From an uncultured Nitrospiraceae bacterium (GTDB taxonomy: Bacteria > Nitrospirota > Nitrospiria > Nitrospirales > Nitrospiraceae), in the NCBI GenBank assembly GCA_963846575.1, contig CAWJWJ010000002.1:2829916-2893915 (forward strand): a DNA stretch of 64,000 bases, read 5' to 3'. The notes under the pieces are model-generated. The model was given only the letters and a program-made list of their open reading frames with translations. It searched no databases and was not told the DNA's origin. The stretch's first letter is position 1, and every line of letters starts with the position of its first letter. Positions 29,624-40,202 of the stretch are shown here, one piece after another. Both the position numbers and the translations under genes were made by a program.

Positions 29624-29962
29624 ATGAATCGTGTGTTCCTCGCGGCCTGTATCCTGACCCTCGGCGCTGCCGTGGCCCTGAGTTCAAGCGGTGCAACGCA
29701 AGGTCCGGCAAGCATCAGCATTCTCTCGCCTCACAACGGTGAGACTGTGAAGAACACGTTTGCCATCACCTATGAAATCCTCAATGCTCCCAAGAATAAT
29801 CATGCGCATGTCTATCTGGATGGCACCTATCAGAAGGGATTCAAGGGGACCTTTACCCATGTGCCGAAGGGCGAACACACCATTACGGTCAAGGTTGCCG
29901 ATCACGACCATAAAGATGCAGATCTGGCAACGGACAGCATCACGGTCAAGGTCGCCGATTAG
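29624..29962 (+). CDS. Small secreted beta-rich, His-containing protein
   Basis: AGGAGG RBS, signal peptide, HAHVYLDG..GEHTITV. Confidence 0.75.
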   Translation: MNRVFLAACILTLGAAVALSSSGATQGPASISILSPHNGETVKNTFAITYEILNAPKNNHAHVYLDGTYQKGFKGTFTHVPKGEHTITVKVADHDHKDADLATDSITVKVAD

Positions 29963-29999
29963 CTCACAGCTACGATGCCGCGCGTCGGACAGCGCGCCG

Positions 30000-30668
30000 C
30001 TACGGTCCGCCCTGAGTCGACGCACGATTCGTGCTGCTCTGCAGGTCCATGTCAAACATGACCGGCCCGGCGGGATTCTTCGGATCGAGTTGGATCGGCA
30101 TGCGGTCGGCCGCCAATTTGACCAATGGCACCGCCACGATATGAGTGGCCTTGTCCGACGGGTTCGAATGAAGCGCCAAGCGGATTGTCTTCGGACGGTG
30201 CTCCGGGGCCACCTGATTGATGAGATCCATCGACACAAATCCCACCAGCATTCCGCTCCCATCGGCTAATTTATGAACCTCATACGCATTGGCCCCAGGC
30301 GCCGATCGTTCTAAAGCGAGGTCCGGGCTCCGCGTGACTAACACGAGCCCTAACGGCCTCGGCTCAATGAAACCATAGGCGCCGGTCGGCGCTTGGGAGA
30401 ACATCACTTTCGGGGTCGAGGCGCTGAGTTCGAGCACTCCGGTCTTGGTACGGAGTTGTCGTCGTAACTCCGCTTCACTGCCTGTCGTCTCGATGAATAC
30501 CGCTGCAGGAGCGGCTTTTTGCACCGGTAGCACTTCGGTCTTGCCTCCTCCCCTTGCCGCCGCAAGCGGAATCGGAAGGAGCCCCGTGAACAACAGGCCG
30601 AGCAGGCCCGCGGCAACCAGGCGATGGGGACAAACGAGTTTAGTCACGTCAGCAAGGGCATGATGCAT
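30000..30668 (-). CDS. Secreted hypothetical protein
   Basis: Signal-peptide-like N-terminus; GAGGAG RBS. Confidence 0.65.
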   Translation of the reverse strand: MHHALADVTKLVCPHRLVAAGLLGLLFTGLLPIPLAAARGGGKTEVLPVQKAAPAAVFIETTGSEAELRRQLRTKTGVLELSASTPKVMFSQAPTGAYGFIEPRPLGLVLVTRSPDLALERSAPGANAYEVHKLADGSGMLVGFVSMDLINQVAPEHRPKTIRLALHSNPSDKATHIVAVPLVKLAADRMPIQLDPKNPAGPVMFDMDLQSSTNRASTQGGP

Positions 30669-30830
30669 AACTGCAGATCCTCCTCAACGGTACGGTCTTG
30701 TCGGAGGATTCTAAGAAGCCGCCGGTGGAAAATCAAACCGGCAGGAACAGAACGGAAGGCGTGCAAGCTGGGGCTGCCCATCACCTGTCCCGTCCATGGT
30801 CCTGCTTCGCGTCCGCTGGTCACGAACACA

Positions 30831-31271
30831 TCACGGGTAGAAACTGAACCGGCGGTTGGCGATGGCGCGCGCGACGGAAGCGAGCATTCGGTCCCGCTCT
30901 GCCGGTTTCTCCAGGTATTCCACAACACCTTCCTTGAGCAGGGAGAAGGCCAGCTGTTCATCATGGTATCCGGTCAGGACAATCACCGGCAGGGAGGGGT
31001 ACTGGGCGCGAAAATAGCTGATCGCCTCCACTCCGTTGATACGGGGCATTCGGATATCACAAATGATGACATCCACCATCAGCGGATTATCACCGCTGTT
31101 CAATAGTTCGACCGCCTTTCCACCGTCCTCGGCTTCCTCCACATCGTACCCTGCTTGGACTAGCATCATCCGCAACAGACTTCGAATTGATTCCTCGTCG
31201 TCCACCACCAGCACTCGCCCCAGACATTGTTTGTCACCCGTGCTGAGTCCAAACGGCCAGGCCATCCCCAT
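30831..31271 (-). CDS. Single-domain response regulator
   Basis: VLVVDDE, DIRMP, LTG and EKP; GAGGAGG RBS before ATG 31271. Confidence 0.9.
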   Translation of the reverse strand: MGMAWPFGLSTGDKQCLGRVLVVDDEESIRSLLRMMLVQAGYDVEEAEDGGKAVELLNSGDNPLMVDVIICDIRMPRINGVEAISYFRAQYPSLPVIVLTGYHDEQLAFSLLKEGVVEYLEKPAERDRMLASVARAIANRRFSFYP

Positions 31272-31639
31272 GGGCAACCTCCTCTCTCTCCCAACATCGT
31301 GTTCTCCCTGTCTGAACTGCAAGGACGACGCCCTGAGGATGCTCGAGCGCGGGCATGTGAAATCAGCTGGTTAGAGAGGACGGACCCTCTCGAGCGAGGT
31401 TGTGTGGAACCCCTCTGGTGGAGGCGCACCACCAGCGGTGTAAATGAACCACCTCGGCCGGCCGAGTGGGAGGGGCAGGCCTCATCACGGTATCGGCCCC
31501 TGACCGCACGCGGCCCGGTTCAACAGGGTTCGGTGCGACAGCTGTGCCACGCTCGCGTTGGGTGATCGCCGGGCAACCGGAGGCGAGAGAGGCACATCAT
31601 TTCACGGGGGAACTGATCGCAGGACAACGCGGAAGGGTC

Positions 31640-32377
31640 TCATCGGGCGTCGTGAAAAATCACCCCGGCCGCGTAGCGATGGCCTGAGATGAGACGACTT
31701 ACGCCATGCCGCAGGGTGACGCGGTAATACCCCCGCGCACCTTGGAGGGGACGGTGCCGCACCGCGAAGACGACGGCGTCACCCTGTCGAAGCGGCACTA
31801 CCATCGGCCGGGATTGCATCCGCGGGCGCTGCTCGGTCATCACGAACTCGCCGCCGGTGAAATCCTGTCCCGGCCGGGAGAGCAGAAGCGTCACCTGGAG
31901 CGGGAACACATGCTCGCCGTAAAGATCCTGATGCAGGCAATTGAAATCATCCCGACCGTACCGCAGGAGGAGCGGCGTCGGTTTGACCTGTCCGTCCCGG
32001 TGGCAACGCGAGAGAAACTCCGCATGCCGGTCGGGAAATCGCACGTCGATGCCCATCGCCTCATTCCACCGATTGGCAGTCGGCACGAGATGAGGGTAGA
32101 GCGCGGTTCGCAAACCGGCGATAGGGTCGGGCAGCGGATAGGCAAAATATTTATACTCCCCTCGCCCGAACCCATGCCGTCCCATCACGACATGGCTGCG
32201 GAACAGTTCCTCCTGCCGGTAGAGCGCCGCCAGCGCCTCACATTCGTGCGTCGACAAGAGTCCCTCAGCCAAAGCGTAGCCCTGCCCGTCGAGATCGCGC
32301 GACATCCGGTCCCATTCGATTCGCTCCACGCGCTCCGCGACGTGGAAGGGTGATCCCGTCATGCCGCTCCCGGTCAC
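31640..32377 (-). CDS. 2OG-Fe(II) oxygenase (DUF2086/prolyl-4-hydroxylase-like)
   Basis: GFGRGEYKYF, LHQDLYGE (HxD), EQRPRMQSR, RHGVS and IFHDA. Confidence 0.88.
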   Translation of the reverse strand: MTGSGMTGSPFHVAERVERIEWDRMSRDLDGQGYALAEGLLSTHECEALAALYRQEELFRSHVVMGRHGFGRGEYKYFAYPLPDPIAGLRTALYPHLVPTANRWNEAMGIDVRFPDRHAEFLSRCHRDGQVKPTPLLLRYGRDDFNCLHQDLYGEHVFPLQVTLLLSRPGQDFTGGEFVMTEQRPRMQSRPMVVPLRQGDAVVFAVRHRPLQGARGYYRVTLRHGVSRLISGHRYAAGVIFHDAR

Positions 32378-32581
32378 GTGCGAGTCTCCCGGTCAAGGGC
32401 TGTGCATTGGCCCGTCATGTGCCAGCGTAACCCGACCAGTTGCCGTCCTGCCGTCGACGTATGCGGTCTCGCCAACGCCCGCCTCGGGGTTTCAACAACG
32501 ATGTGCCGGCGGAATCCGCCCAAGGTACTCTCGACGAGCCGGCAGACTCCGGGTCCGACCAGCTGCGACCGCTGACAGCCG

Positions 32582-32968
32582 TCACCGTGTCTGCAGGGGC
32601 CGCGATAGCTCGAGCAAAGAGGCCCCCAAACCGCTCCTGTCCTGAGCCGCGAGAAGCTCGTACCGTTCCTGTGCGAGCAGGGAAAACTCAGGCCGGCGCT
32701 CAGGAGCGACAGCCAACAGCTCGCTCGCCGCCTCCAGGTATTCGCCCCGCCCCTTTGCCAGGTCGTCTTTGAGATTCTCCATGTTGCTCGCCAGAAACAC
32801 ATCCATCTTATGCTCGGCTTTCGGCAACCCGTCACGGCTGTACCAGTCTCCGGGGGAAGTCGACGAGAGGAAATCGTTGATGGTCTCGGTGGTCGAGCAG
32901 CCACTGAGCGTGACGCTCAGCAACGGAATCATCAGCAGCTTGGACAGCGTCAATCTCGAGCAGGACAT
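32582..32968 (-). CDS. DUF3015-like lipoprotein
   Basis: AGGAG RBS; lipobox LSGC; NMENLKDDLAKGRGEYL. Confidence 0.75.
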   Translation of the reverse strand: MSCSRLTLSKLLMIPLLSVTLSGCSTTETINDFLSSTSPGDWYSRDGLPKAEHKMDVFLASNMENLKDDLAKGRGEYLEAASELLAVAPERRPEFSLLAQERYELLAAQDRSGLGASLLELSRPLQTR

Positions 32969-33325
32969 GACAGGTCTCCTTTCGTGCATGAGATGGACTT
33001 TCAGCGACCCTTCGGCGCTCCGACCTGATTTCCCGCAGCAGGCCTCCTCCAGCATAGGAGGGTGAATGAGTCTATTCAAAGGTTTTTCGGGCCTCTCTCT
33101 GTTGGCCGGAGCCGCAGATCCACCGGTTGCCGGGCACCTGCCACTTGATCAGCGCCGTCACGCCGGATATAGTCGAATGCCGGTCATGCCGGTTTCTTCC
33201 TTCGTTCAGAATGACCTGTTGCGCCAGTGGCGCAGCGCCGGTTGTCGGCACGCGTCATGGTCTCATGCTGACACCCTTTCCCGCGCGCGAACCCGACACG
33301 GTGATCAACCGGAGTCTGATGCACG

Positions 33326-34681
33326 ATGCCAGATACCCTGCCCGGTCCCCATTCCCCGATTCCAGCCTCTGACTTTCAAACCCTCTTTGAATCGGCACCA
33401 GGACTCTACCTGGTCTTGACTCCGGACTTCCGGACCGTGGCGGTCAGCGATGCCTATCTGAAGGCGACCCTCACGAAACGGAGCGAAATCCTGGGGCGGG
33501 ATCTCTTCGAGGTCTTTCCAGACAATCCCGATGATCTTCACGCCACCGGAACCACGAACCTGCGCGCGTCCTTGAACCGGGTCATACAGCAGCGTATCCC
33601 GGATGCCATGGCGGTGCAAAAGTACGACATTCGGCGACCGGAGTCCGAGGGGGGTGGATTTGAAGAACGCTATTGGAGTCCGGTGAACTCCCCCGTGTTC
33701 GGGAAGGACGGGCACCTGTGCTATCTCATTCACCGCGTCGAAGACATCACCGAGTTCATCCGACTCAAACAGCGAGGATACGAACAGCACCACGCGACTC
33801 AAGAGCTGCAGACGCGTGCGCTGGAAATGGAGATCGAAATCTTCCAACGCGCGCAGCAGCTTCAGGAGGTCAACAGTCAACTCCGCGATGAATTGGCGGC
33901 GCGCCGGCAAGCGGAACAGGCGTTGCGGCGGGCGCAGGAAGAACTCGAAGCCCGTGTGGCCGCACGGACAGCGGATCTTTCCCTCAAGACCCGCGACCTC
34001 GAAACGCTGCTCTACGTGACCTCACACGATTTGCGGGAGCCACTCCGATCGATTTCAAATTTCTCCCTGATGGTTCACGACCGGTATGCGGCACAACTCG
34101 ACGACAAAGGCCGTGATTTTCTGCGGCGTATCATCCGTGCGGCACAACGGATGGATCAGTTGATGGCGGATATCCTCGCAGTCTCGCGCGTGCAGCGGAT
34201 GGAACTGCTCACGGAGGAGGTGGACGGTGAAAGCCTCGTGCGAGAGGCGCTGCGTCAGCTCGAAGACAAGGTCCGGGAAACCGGTGCCGTCGTACGCGTG
34301 CTCCCGGGTCTCCCCCGACTGAAGGTCAATCGCACATGGGCGACCCAAGGGATGTATAATCTGCTGGTCAATGCGTTGAAATTCCGCCTGAACGGCGAAC
34401 CGCCGGATGTGGAGGTGGATGCCTACCGGGCGGAAGGCCTAGAGATTGCGGCGAACGGCATCGTCATCCGGGATCGCGGTCCCGGTGTGTTGCCTGAGCA
34501 TGCGGAGCGGATTTTTCAGCTTTTCCAGCGCATGGTCGGCCGGGAAATCGAAGGTACCGGGGCAGGGCTGGCCATTGTCCGACAAGTCGCCGAGCGCCAC
34601 GGCGGACGGGCGTGGGTCGAGCCCCGACCGGGTGGCGGCTCTCAATTCATCGTGACATTCGGAGCGCCGAACCCGGCATGA
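33326..34681 (+). CDS. Soluble PAS histidine kinase (Cph1-like kinase core)
   Basis: PAS/PAC, coiled coil, SHDLREPLR, DRGPG and GTGAGL. Confidence 0.92.
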   Translation: MPDTLPGPHSPIPASDFQTLFESAPGLYLVLTPDFRTVAVSDAYLKATLTKRSEILGRDLFEVFPDNPDDLHATGTTNLRASLNRVIQQRIPDAMAVQKYDIRRPESEGGGFEERYWSPVNSPVFGKDGHLCYLIHRVEDITEFIRLKQRGYEQHHATQELQTRALEMEIEIFQRAQQLQEVNSQLRDELAARRQAEQALRRAQEELEARVAARTADLSLKTRDLETLLYVTSHDLREPLRSISNFSLMVHDRYAAQLDDKGRDFLRRIIRAAQRMDQLMADILAVSRVQRMELLTEEVDGESLVREALRQLEDKVRETGAVVRVLPGLPRLKVNRTWATQGMYNLLVNALKFRLNGEPPDVEVDAYRAEGLEIAANGIVIRDRGPGVLPEHAERIFQLFQRMVGREIEGTGAGLAIVRQVAERHGGRAWVEPRPGGGSQFIVTFGAPNPA

Positions 34682-35124
34682 CACACAGGGCCTCGAAACA
34701 AGCACTCGAGATCCTGCTGGTGGAAGACAATGAGGACGATATTCTGATCGTGCAGGAAGCGTTTGCGGACATGAACCGCGCCATTATGGTCAGCGCGGTC
34801 CGGGATGGTGAAGAAGCCCTGCGGTATCTCCGGCGTGAAGGACACTATTCCTCCAGCCCCACCCCGGATGCCGTGCTTCTGGACATCAACATGCCCAAAA
34901 AGAACGGCTTTGAGGTGCTGGCAGCGCTGAAGCAGGAACCGGCTTTCCATTCCCTGCCGGTCATCATGCTGACCATGAGTGAACGGGAAGAGGACGTGGT
35001 TCGCGCCTATGCGCAGGGAGCCCGCTCGTATATCCAAAAGCCGGTGGACTTAAACGAGTTTAAAACCCAGCTCAGCCGATTTCATGATTATTGGACCCAG
35101 GTCTCGCGACTTCCCCTCCTCTGA
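34678..35124 (+). CDS. Rcp1-like single-domain response regulator
   Basis: ILLVEDNEDD, LLDINMPKKNG and YIQKP; ATGA overlap with the kinase. Confidence 0.92.
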   Translation: MTHRASKQALEILLVEDNEDDILIVQEAFADMNRAIMVSAVRDGEEALRYLRREGHYSSSPTPDAVLLDINMPKKNGFEVLAALKQEPAFHSLPVIMLTMSEREEDVVRAYAQGARSYIQKPVDLNEFKTQLSRFHDYWTQVSRLPLL

Positions 35125-35267
35125 ACTACCGACGCCCTTGCGATTCGTCCTGCCGCTTGCCCGGACTCCCGTCAATATTCGCCTCTGACACCGGTGCGCG
35201 ACCGGAGTCATCGCACAAGGAGGGAAGCTGAGCCCCAGCCGGCACATGCGCCCACGAGGTGACGGTG

Positions 35268-35447
35268 TCACGTCGTCAGTTTTCGCGCGACCACAATTCC
35301 TGCGACGAGAAACGTGAAGAAGATCGCCAGGAATATGTAGAACAGGATCTTAGCCACGTCGGCGGCTCCCTCGGCCACTCCGGTAAATCCGAATGCCGCC
35401 GCCACCATGGCAATCACAAAAAATATGGCCGCCCATTTGAGAAACAT
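35268..35447 (-). CDS. DUF1328/UPF0391 small membrane protein (59 aa, below the ORF-track cutoff)
   Basis: Manual translation MFLKWAAIFFVIAMVAAAFGFTGVAEGAADVAKILFYIFL...; GGAGG RBS. Confidence 0.9.
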   Translation of the reverse strand: MFLKWAAIFFVIAMVAAAFGFTGVAEGAADVAKILFYIFLAIFFTFLVAGIVVARKLTT

Positions 35448-35675
35448 AAGCCCTCCACCTCATGAGAGTTACGCGAACCGGGTACCTCGATGGGCATCGG
35501 CGGCACAAACCCGGAGCGCCCCATCCATCACCGTCACATCAACGCCATCCTACTCCCGGGCCGAACCGGTGCCACTGGGGGAATCCCTGGCCGGTTGCCT
35601 TAAATATATTGGAACAGGCCGGCTCCCCGTAGTCCCGCGAGTTAACGCGCCTCCCGGGTCCCCGGCTTGAGATGT

Positions 35676-37031
35676 CTACGCTGCAGGCTGGTGCAGGAGC
35701 CGGGTATAGAGTTCATAATACCGGCGGGCTTGTTGCGTTAAAGAAAAATTCGTGAGCGCGGACTGCCGGCAGTTCTCAGCAAATATCAAGCGGCGATCCG
35801 GACTCCGAAGCAGCTCCAGCATCGCGGCACCCAAGGCGGTTGCGTCATGGAGTGGAACGAGCAAACCGGTCTTGCGGTGCTCCACCATATCCGGAATCCC
35901 CCCGACATCGAACCCGACAGCCGGCGTTCCGCAGGCCATGGATTCGAGCACGGTGTTCGGTAGATTGTCTTGCAATGAGGGAATGACGAAAAGATCGGCG
36001 GCGCTGTAAATATTCGACAACAGGCGATCGTTATTGACGTGCCCTAAGTTGATATGGGGGAGTCTTCCCCCGAGATCAGGGCTGTTGTGTCCCACCGTAA
36101 TTAAACGGAGCTTGGGAATTCGGGTGCGCACATGTTCCAGGGCCTGCACCAGGACCTCAAAACCTTTCCTTAGGAGCGGCAGCCCATCCGCGACAAACAA
36201 GACGACCTTTTCCCCTTGCGGAATGCCGAACACCTCTCTGGCGCTCGTTTTGTCGCGTGGTGCGAATTCCTGAAGATCGATCCCATACGGAATCACCGAC
36301 ACAGAGAAGCGACTCAGCATAGGACTTTGCTTCACCTGGTCGGCTAACCACGAGCTGGGTGTCACGAAGTGAATCTGGTCTTTGGAGAGGCGGTCGAACA
36401 GTGATTTCTTCCGGTGCCAGATTTCACGGGACAGATCGTTCATGCCCGACGCGCGTAGGTGGGGGCATTCGCCGCATTGGTCGAGGTACCGGCCACAGCC
36501 CAGATCGTAATGGCACCCGCCCGTAAACGCATTCATATCGTGCAGCGTCCAGACAATCCTCCGTCCCTTCGACAGAGAGGCCACCAAAGACGGATAGTCC
36601 ACAAAATCAGCGACCCAGTGAAGGTTGAGGATGTCGTGGGCAGGAAGTTGCGAAAACAAGTCGGGTCCATATTCGGAGCGATCAAGTCGGAACGGTTCAA
36701 ACCGTTCGCTCGAGGGATGGAGAGCGGGCCGCAGCTTTCGCTGCAGGTGTTCGCGTCGAAGACGCCGCTCGATTCTGCCCCAGAAGGTGCCGGATGGTTC
36801 AAATTTGATGACCGAGCGATCCTTCGTCGCCGACTCGCGCACAAACATCGAGGAATCGACGCCGGCCTGACGCAATCCCGAATGCAGACGATAGGCCGCC
36901 CGGGCAGCTCCACCTGAAACGTCATACGTACTCAGGTGCACGATCTTTGCCGTCGGACCCTTCGGCGCCAGTGACGTCGTGACATAGTTCTGATGTTCGA
37001 ACGGCTCGAGAGACGGGATCAACTGCGGCAT
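35676..37031 (-). CDS. Glycosyltransferase family 4
   Basis: GGAARAA, WTLHDM..FTGGCH and DNLPNTVLESMACGTP. Confidence 0.92.
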   Translation of the reverse strand: MPQLIPSLEPFEHQNYVTTSLAPKGPTAKIVHLSTYDVSGGAARAAYRLHSGLRQAGVDSSMFVRESATKDRSVIKFEPSGTFWGRIERRLRREHLQRKLRPALHPSSERFEPFRLDRSEYGPDLFSQLPAHDILNLHWVADFVDYPSLVASLSKGRRIVWTLHDMNAFTGGCHYDLGCGRYLDQCGECPHLRASGMNDLSREIWHRKKSLFDRLSKDQIHFVTPSSWLADQVKQSPMLSRFSVSVIPYGIDLQEFAPRDKTSAREVFGIPQGEKVVLFVADGLPLLRKGFEVLVQALEHVRTRIPKLRLITVGHNSPDLGGRLPHINLGHVNNDRLLSNIYSAADLFVIPSLQDNLPNTVLESMACGTPAVGFDVGGIPDMVEHRKTGLLVPLHDATALGAAMLELLRSPDRRLIFAENCRQSALTNFSLTQQARRYYELYTRLLHQPAA

Positions 37032-37315
37032 TACTCACTATCCTAATCGAGGGATTTACATCAAAGGGCTTGATCACGGATCAAAGCAGTGCGCAACGAT
37101 TTAATTTCAGTACCACCATACGCGCTTGAACCGGTGGTTGCACTAGGTATCACCCTAGCGAGTCATGTTGCGACAACCATGATCGGCTCATGGCGACGCT
37201 CGCACTAAGCGCATTTCAACAGACCCACGCCGCATCGGGGCATTCGGTGACCAGGATGTAGCGAGCTAGAAGTACAGCAGCGGTGTTTTTTTCGGGCGCG
37301 GAAGGGATCCCCGCA

Positions 37316-38608
37316 TCAGCGGCGGGACTGAAGAGCGGCATGGCTCGACTGTTCCCAGTCGTATTTCACGAGAACGCACTTCCCTCTCCAATTGGGAGGA
37401 TAGGTTTTTCCCGTGCCGTAGAAATCCCCATCGACGACGACCAGGAGACTCGCATTGTGAATCCAATCCTGAACCTCTCTGTCACTCTCGACATAGGACA
37501 TCACAAAGTATTGTCCGCCGGACAGCGGCAGCTCAGGAATCCGAAAATCGATCCAGCCCTCGCCGTGCAGGTCGAGAGGCGACGGGTCCACCAGATCCGT
37601 GGACATCAGGAAATACGCGGTCTCATAGGGATCTCCGATCTTGGCATGCAGCGAAAGTTCCACCCGGCATTTGCGCACCACTTTGTCTGGTACGCACCGG
37701 TAGTGCCATCTCACAATGGTGTCTCTGCCGCAGATGACGGAGGGAGAAACACGCCCGTTCTGATCCAGTACTTCAATAGAGGTGACCCTTACATCCCCCT
37801 TCCCCTGCCGATCAGTCCGCTCGTGAACCGCACTTTTGGAGAGGTCCGCCGTCATGCCGGCGTAGGCCTCCACAACTTCCCGGGCTCCACCCATCAAGGC
37901 CACTCGTCCTTTGGAGAGGAGCATGGCCCGCTGGCACAGGTTTTCGATCACGGGCAAATTATGACTGACGATCAAGACCGTGCGGCCTCCCCGGCTGGCC
38001 TGCTGCATTTTCCCGAGGCATTTCTGTTGAAAGCTCGCATCTCCCACCGCCAACACTTCGTCCACAATCAGAATGTCCGGCTCCAGATGGGCGGCCACTG
38101 AAAATGCCAATCGCACATACATCCCGCTGGAGTACCGTTTTACCGGCGTATCGATGAAGTCCTCCACCCCGGAAAAATCAATGATCTCGTCGAGCTTCCG
38201 CTTCATCTCGGCGCGGCGCATGCCCAGGATGGCACCATTCAGGTAGATGTTTTCGCGTCCCGTCAGCTCCGGGTGAAAGCCGGTTCCCACTTCGAGGAGT
38301 GAACTGATCCGACCATAAATGTCGGCCGTACCCGATGTGGGGACCGTGATCCTCGACAGGATCTTTAACAGCGTACTCTTCCCTGCCCCATTGTGGCCGA
38401 TGATCCCGAACACTTCGCCGCGTGTGACGTCGAAAGAGACATCACTGAGCGCCGAAAAGATTGTAGGTTTGTGGCTCTCAGTGGAACGCGTCGTTCGCCA
38501 CGAGGCCATTGCACTGGCCAACCGATCGCGGAGCGTATTGTGCCGGGAAGCGGCGCCGATGCGGTAGCGCTTCGTGAGATGCTCAACGTGTAGGGCTATA
38601 TTTCCCAT
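37316..38608 (-). CDS. wzt: Polysaccharide ABC exporter ATPase (Wzt) with C-terminal domain
   Basis: GHNGAGKST, GFHPELTGREN, YSSGM and DEVLAVGD. Confidence 0.9.
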   Translation of the reverse strand: MGNIALHVEHLTKRYRIGAASRHNTLRDRLASAMASWRTTRSTESHKPTIFSALSDVSFDVTRGEVFGIIGHNGAGKSTLLKILSRITVPTSGTADIYGRISSLLEVGTGFHPELTGRENIYLNGAILGMRRAEMKRKLDEIIDFSGVEDFIDTPVKRYSSGMYVRLAFSVAAHLEPDILIVDEVLAVGDASFQQKCLGKMQQASRGGRTVLIVSHNLPVIENLCQRAMLLSKGRVALMGGAREVVEAYAGMTADLSKSAVHERTDRQGKGDVRVTSIEVLDQNGRVSPSVICGRDTIVRWHYRCVPDKVVRKCRVELSLHAKIGDPYETAYFLMSTDLVDPSPLDLHGEGWIDFRIPELPLSGGQYFVMSYVESDREVQDWIHNASLLVVVDGDFYGTGKTYPPNWRGKCVLVKYDWEQSSHAALQSRR

Positions 38609-39045
38609 AGGCCTCGTGACATGCTGCGTGACGCGCAGCTGGCGATTATTTGTTCGTTTCCATCCCAGTCGAACTCCCAGAACCGAGCGCCGTCGAACCG
38701 TTTGTCCGGCACCCATGTTATGCACCTGTAGGAGAAAGTTTCGAGGCTTCTCTTCTCGGCTGATGCGCCACCTACATGTGCCACAATGGACGGGTTCCAT
38801 GACCTGGGGGTTCCCCTAGGGGGCTGGGGTTGGTCTGGATTCATGACACGGCGAGGTGTGTGCCTGCCGCATGACCACCATCCGACACATTCCGGGGGCA
38901 CGGTCTCGAGGCCTTTTGGACATCAGCAGGGGCTATTCCCAGTGTCACGCTTCGAGACAGGACGGTAAGCTGAATTGAAAAGTGGATGATCGCGCACTAG
39001 GCCGACCCCCAATGAGCCAGAAACTTTTACACAACGGAGGTTAGG

Positions 39046-39360
39046 ATGAAACCATTCATGGCATTTTTTGCGGCGCTGTTCGCGGTGGCCTTATTTGCCG
39101 CTCCGGTACAGGCTGCCAATCCCATGGACGACAAGGAAGCGACGCCCTCTTTAAAAGAGCGGCTGATGAAAGACGCGATCAGCGGAACTCTCATGAACCA
39201 GGATGGCGAGTATTACACGATCAAGGACGAGGACGGCAAACAGCACAGGGTTCATGTCGATAAGAGCACCAAGCTGGATAAGGTCGTTGCGGGCGATCAC
39301 GTGAAGGCCTACATCACCGAGCAGGGCCACGCGACCACGCTACAACGCAAAGAACATTAA
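39046..39360 (+). CDS. Small secreted OB-fold-like hypothetical protein
   Basis: GGAGG RBS; signal peptide ending VQA; short beta-rich domain. Confidence 0.8.
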   Translation: MKPFMAFFAALFAVALFAAPVQAANPMDDKEATPSLKERLMKDAISGTLMNQDGEYYTIKDEDGKQHRVHVDKSTKLDKVVAGDHVKAYITEQGHATTLQRKEH

Positions 39361-39385
39361 TATACAGATAGAAGCGGCTCCCTGA

Positions 39386-39430
39386 GGCGGTGAACCTGGC
39401 GGCATTTCCTCCGCTGCCAGGTTCGCCGCC
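39386..39430. terminator. Long GC-rich hairpin between convergent genes
   Basis: GGCGGTGAACCTGGCGGC ... GCTGCCAGGTTCGCCGCC, an 18-bp stem with G-U pairs and no U-tract. Confidence 0.55.
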
Positions 39431-39499
39431 CGCCGGATTTCCAGACCATCTGCCACGTACCCTCTTCACCTAGCCCTGGCTTCTGTCATCCCCCTTACC

Positions 39500-39862
39500 T
39501 TATTTGGATTCTACTGCCATACCGTATATCTGGGTGCAGGCGCGCGAGAACAGAATGAAGTGCTGGTAATATCCATCCACCGTGACCTCTACCAAGGCGT
39601 CCGCGAGGATTTTTGTCCGGAGTGCGTCATGGACGGCATTCCGCGTCTCGTTGCCCCCGGTCAGGGGAATCAGTCCGAGAAGATGATAGACACAATCCTG
39701 CCCTCGCACATTGCCTAGTTCGGTATAGCCGCCCGGGAGCGGTTTAGTCGAGGGCGCGATCCCCCCCGGGTGATGCATACAGCCCGTGAATAGAGCCGCG
39801 CTCAGCAGGGCTGTGGCCATACCCCCCGTCCACCGCGCGACGAAACGTCCCTTCATGATCAT
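39500..39862 (-). CDS. Small lipoprotein (TRL-like family)
   Basis: Lipobox FTGC; GQDC..LLGLIP..ADALVEVTVD. Confidence 0.7.
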   Translation of the reverse strand: MIMKGRFVARWTGGMATALLSAALFTGCMHHPGGIAPSTKPLPGGYTELGNVRGQDCVYHLLGLIPLTGGNETRNAVHDALRTKILADALVEVTVDGYYQHFILFSRACTQIYGMAVESK

Positions 39863-40202
39863 GCAAATGCTCCTTTCCTGTGCCCGGACGCCACCGGCCG
39901 TACAGTGTCACTCCACGTTCGAGGAGCCATGCGTCGCGGATGTGGCGGAAAATCGGTAAAACGATTTACCCGGCAGGTAAAATTCTAAAGATCGCGTTCG
40001 TTATGTTGCACATCTCACCAGGCATCCTCAACCCTAAACATGCGCCGGCTTCATGATGGCCGCTAACTGGGCAACGTTCGAACGTGAGACATGTCGCCAA
40101 CCGTGCGCTCACGGAGCGAGCAGAAAGCATGCGGGTCCTGCGGCCTCCACGCCCGCGTGTGGCAGGTTGTAGCATGACCCTGTGGGAAGAAGAGTCGCAG
40201 CC

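Noticed and set aside
31370..31480. Intergenic hairpins (CTGGTGG..CCACCAG, CTCGGCCGGCCGAG) as an sRNA
   Set aside because: Short GC stems with no supporting promoter or terminator.
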